Assembly (NCBI GenBank): GCA_964016885.1
Contig: OZ024740.1
Location: 297,910,001-297,974,000 of the forward strand
DNA from: Eledone cirrhosa
Lineage: Eukaryota
Reading direction: 5' to 3'
Length of the DNA: 64,000 nt
Of this stretch, positions 1 to 14,157 are shown in pieces. Positions within the stretch are counted from its first letter, which is position 1. Each line of letters starts with the position of its first letter. The notes under the pieces are model-generated. The model did not search any database. It worked only from the letters and a program-made list of their open reading frames with translations, and was not told where the DNA came from. The translations under genes and the position numbers were made by a program.

Positions 1-560
1 ATATGCACATGCACACATACAACTCAAAACATACACATCCACACATACAATAACATCCATACATATACACACATGCATGCATGCAGACATATCTACCTAT
101 TTGATGTTGTGTAAATTCCAACGAGAGTCTTGTATCTATATTAGAAACCGACTCTCTCTCTATTGGCAAAAAATTGTGAAATTATAAAACCAGAATACAC
201 ATACATACAGTATTTGTTTACTTATTATATATTTAATGACCCAGGTGGAGGTGTGAACTATTTTAATAACCTTATGTCAGTATTTAATGTATGTGAACCT
301 CATAAGAAATTACACTGATTCATTATACTACCATCTGGTTCGTGTATCCTGCATGAAAAGACTAACATTATTTTATTGCTGCTAATAATTTTATAATGTG
401 AAAATAATTGAAATATTTACCTATGTCTGATATGTGTATGTATAGTATATTTGGTAATATACTGTATGTTTAATTAGAAACATTTTGAAGATCTTGAGTT
501 ATTATTTTAAAGTAGTGACTATGTCACTTACTTCTTTTTTCAGCAAAGGAAGGGAGAGAA

Positions 561-600
561 GCTGACAGATCTGTTTCACACTGTTGGTGTTCCTCAGAGC
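561..600 (-). ncRNA. Minimal type I hammerhead ribozyme, copy 1
   Basis: Minus strand reads gct-CTGAGGA-acac caaca gtgt-GAAA-CAGATCTG-TC-agc. The core is canonical, all three stems pair, stem III is palindromic and the cleavage site is GUC. Confidence 0.85.
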
Positions 601-878
601 AACGTACTCGCTGACCTCTGTCGAAAATTATAGAGGCTGGATTCTTATAGAATTCCAGTAATAATCAGGAACTGATTATACAGAGCGATTGCCGGTCCAG
701 CAAAAATAAAAAAATTAGGATTGGTGCTCTGAAATAGCGATGTATACATGAATGTATGCATAGTATATTTGGTAATATACTGTATGTTTAATTAAAAACA
801 TTTTGAAGACCTTGCTCTATTATTTTAAAGTAGTGACTATGTCACTTACTTCTTTTTTCAGCAAAGGAAGGGGGAGAA

Positions 879-918
879 GCTGACAGATCTGTTTCACACT
901 GTTGGTGTTCCTCAGAGC
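879..918 (-). ncRNA. Minimal type I hammerhead ribozyme, copy 2
   Basis: Same motif as 561-600, 318 bp away. Confidence 0.85.
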
Positions 919-1001
919 AACGTACTCGCCGACCTCTGCCGAAAATTATAGCGGCTGGATTCTTATAGCATTCCAGTACAGAATTCCAGTAATATCTGTC
1001 T

Positions 1002-1428
1002 CTGTATGTATGTACATGAGCGGAAAGTTGCTTTTGAAGCATCTCGAATCGCATATGAGAAAGTAAAAATGGATGTGAGGAAAGGCATTACTGTTGCATT
1101 TCCTGACAGCGAAGGTCCTTCTATGGCGCTGTCATGCAGCAACTGTGCGAGACTCTGCCACAGCAAAGCTGGACTCGAAAGTCATCTTCGCAGTCATAAA
1201 GTGAGACCAATGGTTGACTACCAAGCTGCTGTCGAAGATGCTGCTCATCATACCTGTCAAGCAAGTGGAAGAGATTGTAGATCAGCAGGAGGGCTCAAAC
1301 GACATGCGAAAGTACATGAACTTCAACCACAGTCGGCTATTGCCAGTGAATGTTTTGGTTGCCAACTCTGTGCGAGACATTTTAGATCATTGGCTGGGCT
1401 AAAAAGCATTCGATCGCAGCACCGTTAA
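1002..1428 (+). mobile_element. RTE-clade LINE 3' fragment (C-terminal C2H2 zinc-finger region)
   Basis: The translation closely matches 3890-4305 (FEASRIAYEKVK..., CxxCARLCxSKAGLESHLRSH). Confidence 0.85.
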
Positions 1429-1593
1429 TTGTTTATATATAAGGGTATATGTATGTGTGTATGGGCATGTAAGTGTGTGTGTGTGTATGTATATGTATGT
1501 GTGTGTGTATGTATATATATGTGCGTGTATGCATATATGTATGTATATATATATGTATATATATGAATATATCTGTATATATATGTATATATG

Positions 1594-1645
<52 letters not shown>

Positions 1646-1648
<3 letters not shown>

Positions 1649-1863
1649 GGTTTGCTTTTATCCTTCTATGTTGTTTACTTGTCCCCCTCGCTTTACGCGA
1701 ATTACTGGTCCCAATAACTTTTTTTAGTTATTGCTCGCACCAACCTGAGGTATCTGATTTTTAATGCGATGAAATACCAATGATGGTTGGAAAATCACTG
1801 ACGAAGGACTATTTTTATCATATGTAACCCATGTGCAACCACGCAGTATTCTTCTTTCTTCTC

Positions 1864-1870
<7 letters not shown>
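1646..1870 (+). mobile_element. Partial copy of the CU-rich, kink-turn-bearing non-coding element, in (TA)n
   Basis: Matches the reverse complement of ~29305-29545 and is flanked by (TA)n on both sides. Confidence 0.7.
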
Positions 1871-1939
<69 letters not shown>

Positions 1940-1942
<3 letters not shown>

Positions 1943-2744
1943 CGGATAAAATTCCCGAGATCCATGGACGAGTTCTCTCCAGCGATCTCTGTCCCTCATT
2001 ATCGCTGCCATGTCCTGCGTCTCCAACAGACCAGTGTCTGTCCTTAGGGCATCAACATACGTTAACCTTGGTCTTCCTCTTCTAGTGTGTCCATGTAGGG
2101 GCTCCCAAAGGAGCACTGAGTGCAATGTCAACTCTGGATGTCGGTGAGCATGTCCAGCTAACCTCAGTCTCCTCTGTGTCACTTTTGAGCTGACTTTTGG
2201 GATGCTCCCATATAGCTCTGAGTTTTTCATCCTCAGTGTATACTGATTAATGTTCAGAGCCATCCTCAGCATTCTCGTGTAGCACCCATCCACCATCTGA
2301 GTGAGTGTCTTGGTCAGTGTCCAAGTCTCAGACCCATACAGCAGCACAGACTCCACTACAGCAATGAAGAGGTGGACTTTCAGGTCTCTACGAAGGTCCG
2401 AATTCCACACCGATCTCAAGCTGTGGCACGCCGCCCAGGCCTTGCTCTTCCTCTCAACCACATCATCTTCCGTATTCCCAATCTTTGCTCCCAAATACAG
2501 GAAGTCCTCAACCAATTCGAGCGGCTTCCCGCCTACATTAGTGATCCCCTCTGGCTTCTCAACATTCTCTACCAGATATTTTGTTTTAGTCTCATTCATT
2601 CTCAGCCCCACACTCATCGACACAGTCTCAACCTCCCGCATCAAATCCTCTGCCTCCTTCACTGTATTTGTCACCAAAACTATGTCGTCGGCAAATTCAG
2701 CATCCGATACCTTTTTCGCTCTAACTCTCCTGCTCTGAGCCGGT
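1940..2744 (-). mobile_element. RTE-clade LINE, 5'-truncated (RT C-terminal half)
   Basis: Motifs DAEFADDIVL, FLYLGAKI, VESVLLYGSETWTL, RRLRLAGH and GRPRLTYVD. The 3' end runs into (TA)n. Confidence 0.9.
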
Positions 2745-4640
2745 GGATCTGTATCAGGTTTTTGTCGATCTGACAAAAGCTTTCGATACTGTTAACAGAG
2801 ATGCATTATGGAAGGTTCTCCAGAAACTTGGTTGCCCTGATAAGTTCCTTGCTTTAGTTAGGTCTTTCCATGACGACATGAAGGCTTGGGTTAATGTCGG
2901 GGGTAACATGTCGGAGCCTATCTCAGTAAAAAATGGAGTGAAACAGGGGGATATTCCAGCACCGACCCTGTTTGCCATATACTTTGCAATGGTTTTCTGT
3001 ATTGCATTCAGGAATTGCGAGCATGGTGTTTACATCCGATATCGAACCTCAGGCAGCATATTTAACATCAGGCGCTTTTCTGCGAAGACAAAAGTGTTTA
3101 CATCAATCATAAGAGACCTCTTGTATGCAGATGATTGCGATCTTGTAGCGCACACAGAGAGTGATATGCAGCACATTTTGAATGCATTTTCTGACGCTTG
3201 CACTGCCCTAGGTCTGACTGTCAGTCTCAAGAAAACCGTCGTCATGTACCAACCTGCACCTGGTAAGCAGTACACTGAACCAAACATCTATGTGTATGGC
3301 AAACGACTTGGAGTGGTTGATCAGTTTGTCTACCTGGGAAGCACTGTCAATCGATACAGCAACCTTGACAGTGAAATCTCACTTAGGATTAGGAAAGCAA
3401 GTGATGCTTTCGGAAAGCTAGAAAGGCGACTCTGGGGTCGGCGAGACATATGCAGGAGGGCAAATGTAAAGGTGTACAGGGCATGTGTGCTCTCTTGTCT
3501 TCTTTATGCCTGCGAGACCTGGGTCACATATCGACACCACCTTAAGCAATTGGAGCGTTTCCATCAGATGTGTCTCAGACGGATCCATGGCGTTCACTGG
3601 AGGGACCACATCAGTGATGTCGAGATTTTGGAAAGCTCTATGTGTGACAGTATAGAAGCTCTTGTGCTTAAGCAACGACTCCGTTGGAGTGGTCACCTTG
3701 CCAGGATGAAGGACTCTAGAATACCAAAACAACTATTTTATGGAGAGTTGGTTAAAGGATAACGACCGCCACATAAAACAAAAAAGAGGTATAAGGATTC
3801 CTTGAAAGCCTTTCTGAAAGACGCTAACATCTCTGCTGATACATGGGAGAATATTGCTGCTGATCATAATAAATGGAGAAAGACTGTATATGAGGGAAAA
3901 ATTGCCTTTGAGGCATCTCGAATCGCATACGAGAAAGTAAAGCGGGATGTGAGGAAGGGCATTGCTGTTGCACTTCCAGACGGCGAGGGTCCTCCTGTGG
4001 TGCTGACATGCAGCGTATGTGCGAGACTCTGCCTAAGCAAAGCTGGACTCGAAAGTCATCTTCGCAGTCATAAAGTAAGACCAGTGGTTGACTACCAGGC
4101 TGCTGTTAGAGATGCTACTCATCATGCTTGCCAAACATGTGGTAAAGAATGTAAATCAGCAGGAGGGCTCAAGCGACATGCAAAAGTACACGAACTCCAA
4201 CCACAGCCGACTATTCCCAGTAAATGTTTTGGTTGCCGACTCTGTGCAAGACATTTTAGATCATTGGCTGGGCTAAACAGCCACATTCGATCGCAGCGCT
4301 GTTAGTTGCTATCGTGTGGTGTGTGTGTGTGTGTGTGTGTAGATATGCTTATGTGTGTGCGTGTGTGTGTATGTATGTATGTATATGTATATTATTATTG
4401 TTGTTGTCGTTATTATTATTGTTGTTGTTATTATTGTTGTTGTTATTGTTGTTAATGTATGTGTTTGTGTATATGTGTGTGAGTATGTGTGTGTGTGTGT
4501 ATATATATATGTATGTATATGTATATATATATATATATATATTTCTTTTTTTTTTTTTTTTTTATTTATTATTATTATTTTTTTTTTTTTTCTCCTCGTG
4601 CAATGGCCATACTCGATAACGAGGGGGCAGCCATCATCAT
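2744..4640 (+). mobile_element. RTE (BovB-like) LINE, 5'-truncated: RT plus three C-terminal C2H2-like fingers, one nonsense codon
   Basis: Motifs FVDLTKAFDTV, GVKQG, LLYADD, YLGS and LRWSGH. The frame continues past TAA at 3760-3762 (RPPHK..KRYKDSLK) to 4305. A probable 3' tail ends ...gccatcatcat at ~4640. Confidence 0.9.
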
Positions 4641-4641
4641 G

Positions 4642-4687
<46 letters not shown>

Positions 4688-4691
<4 letters not shown>

Positions 4692-5428
4692 AATGAATAT
4701 ATGAGGGATGAATACCTATACAATTATAGAAGTGTTCGGATTGCGAATCACCAAGTTAGCTAGGTTGAAAAAATACTAATTTAACATAATACGGTTTGCC
4801 TGTCTCGATTTAAAATAATAAATCAATAAAAATAACAAACCTATATTGGCAATGGCCGTGATTCCTGGACAAATTTAAAATCTGTTTGTCAAATTTCAAA
4901 TTTGTTTCGCAACAATTCACATATTCGCTGCTCCATGCGTTGAGCTAATTTTTAGTCCCATAAAACCGACTGCTATTTTTAGCGGCACGGGGATATGAGA
5001 CGAGTTAGGCGCTGGGACACAGGTGCGTTCAACAACACATGTTTCTCAATCTTCTCAAGTATTTTGAAGTGGAAGGTACCAATTTCAGGATACCTGCAGA
5101 AGAGCTTAGGAATAGTAACTTTCACTTAATTGTTGCGAAACAAATTTGAAATTTGTCAAACAGATTTTAAATTTGTCCAAGAATCACGGCCATTGCCAAT
5201 ATAGGTTTGTTATTTTTATTGATTTATTATTTTAAATCGAGACAGGCAAACCGTATTATGTTAAATTAGTATTTTTTCAACCTAGCTAACTTGGTCATTC
5301 GCAATCCGAACACTTCTATAATTGTATAGGTGTTCATCCCTCATATATTCATTTGTATTACACGGCTCAGAAATATTCCCTTCTTTGAGCTATTTAATTG
5401 TAAAAGACTATTTCGAGTTTATAACTCA

Positions 5429-5435
<7 letters not shown>
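4688..5435. mobile_element. Fold-back element: 230-bp inverted arms (4688-4917 / 5128-5357), 210-bp spacer, ~80-bp tail, in (TA)n
   Basis: The arms are near-perfect reverse complements. The right arm holds only an HHR-like 3' half (GAAA-caaatt tga aatttg-TC). The tail contains TTGAGCT. Confidence 0.8.
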
Positions 5436-5504
<69 letters not shown>

Positions 5505-5509
<5 letters not shown>

Positions 5510-6060
5510 TATAAATTATGTCCTTAGAATCATATGATAATATATATACTCAATTTCCTCTCCCAATTAGCATAATCAACCACACAAAAAAACAATTAAA
5601 CCAGGCTATAAGGTTAAAAGACACATGTAAAGAAATAATAGATAAATAAACGATAGCCATCTATTCGCTATCAACAGCCATAGAATATTTACCCACCATT
5701 TCAATAGCACGTGGAAATCGATTAAATATATCGTCAACCATACACAATTAGGTATAAAATTAAAGTTAGAAGAAAAAGTGCATATACACATACCAGGATT
5801 ACGTTTCTACCCTTTAGGGTTTCGTTCGCTTTCGGAAATATCCTATCAAGGATTAATTCTCCAGCTTCGAACTCATCAGGAAACAAACTCACTTGGACAA
5901 AGATTTTTCTTAAATGATCCCCGCTAGAAACGAATTCAAAATGGCTAAGAACTGTGACGTGGCAGTGGTCAAGTAAGAAAGAATGTGATTGGTGCCTTAC
6001 GGCTAATAGGCTGGTTGCTAGAAAGCGCAGCCTAATATTACCTATGTATATAGCTATGCA
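5505..6060 (-). mobile_element. Non-coding Penelope pLTR-like element with a hammerhead
   Basis: Contains the HHR at 5803-5884. Its distal part (5550-5730) recurs inverted at 25365-25520. Flanked by (TA)n. Confidence 0.7.
5803..5884 (-). ncRNA. Type I hammerhead ribozyme with extended stem II and a true stem III hairpin
   Basis: Reads gtttc-CTGATGA-gttcg...cgaac-GAAA-ccct aa aggg-TA-gaaac. Confidence 0.9.
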
Positions 6061-6113
6061 TTTATACATTTGTATATATACATGCATTTATACTTAAGTG
6101 TGTGTGTGTATAA

Positions 6114-6165
<52 letters not shown>

Positions 6166-6218
6166 GTAAGTATGTATGTATACGTACATACATATATGTA
6201 TACAGACGTACAGTAGCA

Positions 6219-6340
<122 letters not shown>

Positions 6341-6492
6341 CAGGTACACATACATATATGTACGTATCAGTTTAACGGACGCTTATTATAACGCCCGCTT
6401 TGTTCGTTTGTAAACAAACTGAACAGCCTGAATTTATGCCGTACGGTGTTAAGGCAACCACGTCACCTTTTTGTTCAACACTGACACAGGAA

Positions 6493-6533
6493 CGATGTAC
6501 TAGTTTCAAGCTTGTTAGCTATCATCAGCACCG
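6493..6533 (-). ncRNA. Minimal type I hammerhead ribozyme
   Basis: Reads cggtg-CTGATGA-t agct aaca agct t-GAAA-CTAG-TA-catcg. Confidence 0.85.
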
Positions 6534-6589
6534 TATACCCTTCTGCCAGATGGTTGAACGTTCGAAAGTATATACTTTCCTTATGAAAA

Positions 6590-6943
6590 TTAACGGCTGA
6601 GCAGCCTAATTTGCATATCGAGTGAGTTAAATCGGCCAGGCGTACCGAAAACGATAAGTTGTAATAAAATGAAAATGAAATTTCATTTCTCACTCTTAGT
6701 ACGGCACTTACTTAAATGTAAGTATGTATGTATACGTACATACATATATGTATACAGACGTACAGTAGCATGCATATATATATATATATATATATACCGA
6801 AAACGATAAGTACCGAAAACGATAAGTTGTAATAAGATGAAAACGAAATTTCATTTCTCACTCTTTTATTACAACTTATTGTTTTCGGTACGCCTGGCCG
6901 ATTTAACTCACTCGATATGCAAATTAGGCTGCTCAGCCGTAAA
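6590..6943. repeat. Inverted repeat (~80 bp; 6590-6668 / 6865-6943) with internal local duplications, next to the 6493 HHR
   Basis: acggctgagcagcctaatttgcatatcgag... and its reverse complement. 6640-6697 is repeated at 6811-6865. Confidence 0.75.
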
Positions 6944-6954
6944 TTTCTACTATA

Positions 6955-7155
6955 GGAACAAGGCATGAAATTTGGGGTTTAGGGTTCAGTCGATTACATC
7001 GATCCTAATACACAACTGGTACTTAATTCATTGACCCCAAAAGGATGAAAGGTAAAGTTGAGATCGGCGGAATTTGAACTTAGAACGTAAAAACGGAAGA
7101 AGTACCGTTAAGCATTTCGCCAGATGTACTAACGATTCCACTAGCTCACCGCCTT
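6955..7155 (-). mobile_element. tRNA-derived SINE with Meta-like central domain
   Basis: Minus strand carries a B-box (GTTCAAATTCC) and the ctttcatcctt..ggggtc..agtaccag core shared with many copies in the window. Confidence 0.7.
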
Positions 7156-7235
7156 ATTTTCACCAGTTATAATGCAATATGAAATATTGGTTCTACCACG
7201 GGCCACAGAAAAGTAGTTCGCGGGCCGCATGTTGG

Positions 7236-7290
<55 letters not shown>

Positions 7291-7291
<1 letters not shown>

Positions 7292-8665
7292 TTCTTTATT
7301 TGCCACAAGGGCGCACAAGAAAAGAGGACAATACAAAGACACATGCCGGGGATTTTACATACAGTCGTGTAAAAATATTGAAACAAACAATTATAACAAT
7401 CGAAATCCCCAATAGTGGGGAGGTGCCACAAATGGGTTATTTAATACCCCGTCGATAGAACAACCGTCAACTTCAGGAGCGTGCTGTGCAAGTGCTCCTT
7501 TCTTCCTTTTGCTCTCTTCTTTAACCTACATGCTTATAAAGGCCCAATCACCCGGGCCATTTTCGCTTCATTCACCCACTTTTCAGTAAATTTACTGGGA
7601 TGCAGTGCCTCTCTCTCCACTCTGATTCTCCTTCTAAAGTGATACTTAAAGAAGGGAATCAATTGTCGTCCGGAGAGAAAGGCATCTGTCCTCAGTCCTC
7701 TCAATCTCATCCACCATATAACCTCTTTCACCATAGCCACTGTACAGAGGAAAACCGCCTCTCTTTCGTTTTTGAAAGAGGCTGGCGGTTTGATCCTTAC
7801 TATGGACTCGGCAGTCAACTGGATTTGTCCCATACGCGACAGCAGTTGTTCTGCATAGTTCCACAGGTCGCTTACGCCTGGGCAGTGTACAATTGCGTGC
7901 AAGACGGTTTCAATGCCCTGCTCGCATCTTGGACACGTCCTCTTGGAAGGATCCCTGCCGGGGCGTCCGTGCCTGTAGATCTTGTCTCGAACGGGTAGAG
8001 CTCCTCGGTAGCACTGCTAGGCCAGGGACCTCTGGAAGTTGTCCATAATTCCCGGGCGGAAAGTCCTCCTGAACAGACTGGTGAGCTCGTCGTCTTCGAC
8101 GCCTAGAGTCTCCCCGAGCACGTCGTCGCACTTGTAAAGTACTAACCCTCTATAGAATGTCGAAGTGGAGTCTCCACTGATTGCTGTGCCCGATTGACAG
8201 AGGACTGTGAGCGCCTGGGCGCATTCAATGTGCCAGGCGCCCATCTTCTTCGGTCTTCGCTTGACCCAGGACTGCAGCTCCGTCAGCGAGACAAGTTGTG
8301 GGAAGGCCTGTCTCACAAACGGTGCCCACACCGGTTGGTCTGTGAGGAATACCTAGAGATGCCGTAGCCTCAGCGCATGTTTGCGCATCATTAGCCACGG
8401 CATGCCCAGCCTTCGTTGGAAGGGTGTTGACAGCAGACGGATCTCCTCACCAGTGGAGCCTGCTTCTTCCACAGGAACTGAAAGAGCATGCGTTCCATCT
8501 TGTTGAGGTATTCACGGGGACAAGGCACGACAGTCAAGCGGTAGTAGATGACGGACGCTATGAAAGTGTTCGCCACCTCCGCTCGACCTTTCAAAGACAG
8601 TTTGCACTCTGCCCACTTCTGGGTGAGCGCTGTCGGACGGCATCAGTTTGCCTCTCCACGTTCCG
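7291..8665 (-). mobile_element. Tx1/L1-clade LINE, 5'-truncated and frameshifted, inserted in (GATA)n
   Basis: Motifs KGRAEVANTFIASVIYY, MERMLFQFLW, GxGMP and a C-terminal CCHC remnant (HAIVHCP). AATAAA is followed by (TCTA)n, and GATA repeats also occur at 8665-8683. Confidence 0.8.
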
Positions 8666-8751
8666 GGATAGATAAATAGATAGATGTGTACCAAACACAC
8701 ATTTCTTACTCTCTCTGTCCCTCCCTCTTTCTCTCTTCATTTATATATATA

Positions 8752-8834
<83 letters not shown>

Positions 8835-8841
<7 letters not shown>

Positions 8842-9436
8842 AATAACAGAAGGCTGGACTGTTGTTGTAATTCCTTAAAAGGTTTATTATACTATGATCA
8901 TTCAATGACCGGGTTCAGTATGAATCCGGTGTCATCATCAGGTATTCGAAATATAACAAAGGAAGATAATAGACAAAATCCATGGGGCTGAAAATCAGGT
9001 CTTTGATGGGGTGGTAGTAGTACACTATAAGCCTACACCCCTTCACCAGATGGAGATAAGTAGGCTTAATAATCACCACTTGGGGGCGGCCGACCGGGGT
9101 AGAAGCTGGTAAATATTCGGCCGCCCTCATGTCTCTGATTTTCAGCCCCATGGATTTTGTCTATTATATTCCTTTGTTATATTTCGAATACCTGATGATG
9201 TCACCGGATTCATACTGAACCCGGTCGTTGAAATGATCATAGTATAATAAACCGTTTAAGGAATTACACCAGTCCAGCCTCCTGTTATTTTATAATAATT
9301 AACTCCGTACTCGCACCACCAACTACACAAACGAAGGCGGGGGAGTTGCATTAGGTTGAGTGCTCTCCATAATATTACATCGAAGTTGACCATACGGAAT
9401 GACCAGTTCTATCCAGTGGTGAACCAACAAACCTAA
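8835..9436 (+). mobile_element. Fold-back HHR element: arms 8835-8998 / 9135-9296, tail to ~9436, in (TA)n
   Basis: Inverted arms are visible directly, the right arm has an intact HHR, and the tail has TTGAGTGCTC at 9356. Confidence 0.85.
9188..9245 (+). ncRNA. Type I hammerhead ribozyme
   Basis: Reads atac-CTGATGA-tgtc accgg...ccggt cgtt-GAAA-TGATCA-TA-gtat. Confidence 0.85.
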
Positions 9437-9468
9437 ATATATATAAATATATCAACTAGAAATTGATT

Positions 9469-11380
<1,912 letters not shown>

Positions 11381-11443
11381 GAAAAGTATAACAATATTTG
11401 TTTCGACACACGATTTCATATAAAAAAACCTCGCAAAACTATA

Positions 11444-11838
11444 TATAAAATAAACACATGAAACAATCACAGGGGATAATTTGTAAAGTGTTTAAGAACA
11501 CATAGCTAGGTAAGTAACTAATTAAAGTTTAACTAGACCTTCAAATATAAATACCTTTTAAAATGATCAGATTAATCAGATTAATCAGATTAATCATTTT
11601 AAAAGGTATTTATATTTGAAGCTCTAGTTAAACTTTAATTAGTTACTTACCTAGCTATGTGTTCTTACACAGTTTACAAATTATCCCCTGTGATTGTTTC
11701 ATGTGTTTATTTTATATATATATATGTCAATCAATTTCTACTTGATATAAAATGGTCGGATCTATTCATTGGAATCTTTGAGCATATTCTACAGTGGATA
11801 TGGCGCATGTCTCGGACATGACACCCTTAATTTAATTT

Positions 11839-11840
<2 letters not shown>
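11444..11840. mobile_element. Fold-back element (arms ~11444-11567 / 11592-11716) with tail to ~11840
   Basis: Near-perfect inverted arms around a (cagattaat)x3 centre. The tail has TTGAGCA. No HHR recognised. Confidence 0.75.
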
Positions 11841-11890
<50 letters not shown>

Positions 11891-11944
11891 GTAGGAGGTG
11901 ATTTTTATTGTAGTACAATAAAGCAATGCAAATATCGGATAAGT

Positions 11945-12203
11945 ACCAACGAAGGGCTGGGCATGCCGTGGCTAATGATGTGCAAACATGCGCTGAGGCT
12001 ACGGCATCTCCAGGTATTCCTCACAGACCAACCGGTGTGGGCACCGTTTGTGAGACAGGCCTTCCCACAACTTGTCTCGCTGACGGAGCTGCAGTCCTGG
12101 GTCAAGCGAAGACCGAAGAAGATGGGCGCCTGGCACATTGAATGCGCCCAGGCTCTCACAGTCCTCTGTCAAGCGGGCACAGCAATCAGTGGAGACTCCA
12201 CTT
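11945..12203 (+). mobile_element. Internal fragment of the same Tx1-like LINE
   Basis: Nearly identical to the reverse complement of ~8162-8420. Confidence 0.85.
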
Positions 12204-12245
12204 TTAATCAACTTTTAATTTCAAATTCTTTTAAATTATCTATTA

Positions 12246-13887
12246 CACTGGTCAACAGCCAAAATGGTTCTTACATGTGAATATGTGCATCTTACTAATT
12301 TCATAGCACTAAATTCAGTTTTTATATTCATTTTTTGCTATCGGACCAGAATGCCTTAATATGAGATCGAAAATATGTTCCTCGTATTGCATTATTTATC
12401 CATTGTGTAACATATGATGACTTAGATATAAACATATTAACTTATTAATAAAAATATATAAACATATTTTTATTTATTTTTTTAACACTTAGTATATTAA
12501 CAAAACATTTCTGAACAACATTCTGAACATAGCAAAATATTTCAAAACATTTCTAAAAAAATTTCTGGATTTTGCTTTTACGCTTGTTTTGCTGGTTCTC
12601 CTCACGTTGCAGTGTCCAGCAGAAGTCACCCATCATGTTGGGATTGAACCGAGCCTGATACCTACTGTCCATTATGGCAATGTCCTGGTGAAACCTCTCT
12701 CCTTGTTCATCACTGATGTCTCCTAGATTACTTGGGAAGAAATCCAGATGAGAATGGAAGAAATGAAGCTTCAATGACATTCGTGAACCCAGAGCGCGAT
12801 AATTTTGTATCATGGTTTCAACAATTTCTTTATAGTTGTCTGCACGGTGGTTTCCAAGAAAGTTCTGTGCCACATCTACAAATTATTTCCATGCATTAGT
12901 CTCCAAAGGGTTTAGTGTTTTCGTAAACTCACTATCAGTAACCAGCATTCGAATCTGAGGACCATTCAAAACCCCTGCTTTTAACTTTGCTTCAGATACC
13001 ACTCTACCCAATTTCTTACACAAGTACTGAAACCCATTACCTGTATGATCCATGCTTTTAATAAAGTGTTTGGCCAAGCCTAATTTGAAATGTAATGGAG
13101 GGAGGAATACTTTTTCTGGATCCACGAGAGGTTTGTACAGACAGTTGAATCTACCGGGTGCATCCTTTGGTCTTGTTGGCCAATCCTTCTTCATGTAGTG
13201 CTCCGCATCTGCTCTACTATTCCACAAACATAGAAAACACATATGCTTTGTGTAACCAGTCTGAAGACCTATAATGGCAGACGACCTATATGGCAGAAGT
13301 AGCAACCGTTATTGTGGTCTTTTGGTTCTCTCCACACCATTGGTACGGCAAATAGCAAACCAGAGCTTCGTTTCCTATTCTTCCATTCACTTAAGTGATT
13401 AACACATGACCTACACGCTATATGAGGCGCCCATTTCTTGTCCTGGTCTCCTAATGGACATTTGAAGTAGCATTTGTAGTTTACTCGAACTGCTTTTGTG
13501 ATTGGTTTCTTTATGCTTTCTGGGGTAAAGTGTCCACAAATATAGCAAAATCGGTCCGGGCCATTTACACATTTCCGGCGTTCCATCTCTCCCACTAGTC
13601 AAAGTTGTTGTGAATTATCCAAGAATAGCTGAGGATAGTTACAATTCTGTGATCTGAAACAAAAGCAGTAAATATAAATTAGTTAACAACTAAATATAAT
13701 GATACAATTGGATGAAGTAATATGAGCCACATAGCTATGGGTCATAAACATGGATATGCTGGTTCTCGAAAACTAGACCTGCTACAGCTTAACCGTTGTC
13801 ATATTCAGATTCTGCACACTTGATTAACCTAGAATCATACTAAATTATACCAGAACCATGAAATAAATATTTTTTTGTTGAGCAGTG
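12246..13887 (-). mobile_element. Chapaev3-type (CMC) DNA transposon with internally deleted, disrupted transposase
   Basis: TIRs CACTGGTCAACA / TGTTGAGCAGTG with a TTA duplication on both sides. Motifs FCYICG, WAPHIAC, PMVWREP, GYTKHMCFLCLW, PPLHFKLGL, KLHFFHSHLDFF and SDEQGERFHQDI. Confidence 0.85.
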
Positions 13888-14157
13888 TTATCTTTCCAAC
13901 GGTTTTTTAACTTCTCTCTGTGAGACAATATATATTTTTCTCAGTTGTAAAGGCTATCTCTCTCTCTCTCTATCACCCATCTCTCTTCCTTCTTATACTG
14001 CTCCCCACCATTCATCTCCTCCTCTTTCTCACCCTTTCCGCCCCCCCCCCCCCTCACTTTTTCCCAATATCATACATCAATCTTAAATTATTTTTCATAT
14101 GTTGATTTAAAACTTCACTATTCACAAGTGTTTTTTAACCTTCATATCATGTATCCC

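Larger units (their letters stand above)
441..979 (-). repeat. Tandem direct repeat, 318-bp period (~1.7 copies), each copy carrying a hammerhead ribozyme; retrozyme-like or Penelope pLTR-like
   Basis: 441-660 is nearly identical to 759-979. The second copy is cut off by an RTE fragment at ~1000. Confidence 0.8.

Noticed and set aside
530-660. Apparent splice acceptor (ttcttttttcag) and exon
   Set aside because: The most plausible frame closes quickly, and the segment is better explained as the antisense of a tandem HHR repeat.
1740-1790. SECIS element
   Set aside because: The strand order and the position of the 3-nt bulge fit a K-turn, not the SECIS core, and there is no linked UGA-containing ORF.
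3802-4305. Host C2H2 zinc-finger gene
   Set aside because: It is in frame with the RTE RT beyond one nonsense codon and is duplicated as a retro-fragment at 1002-1428.
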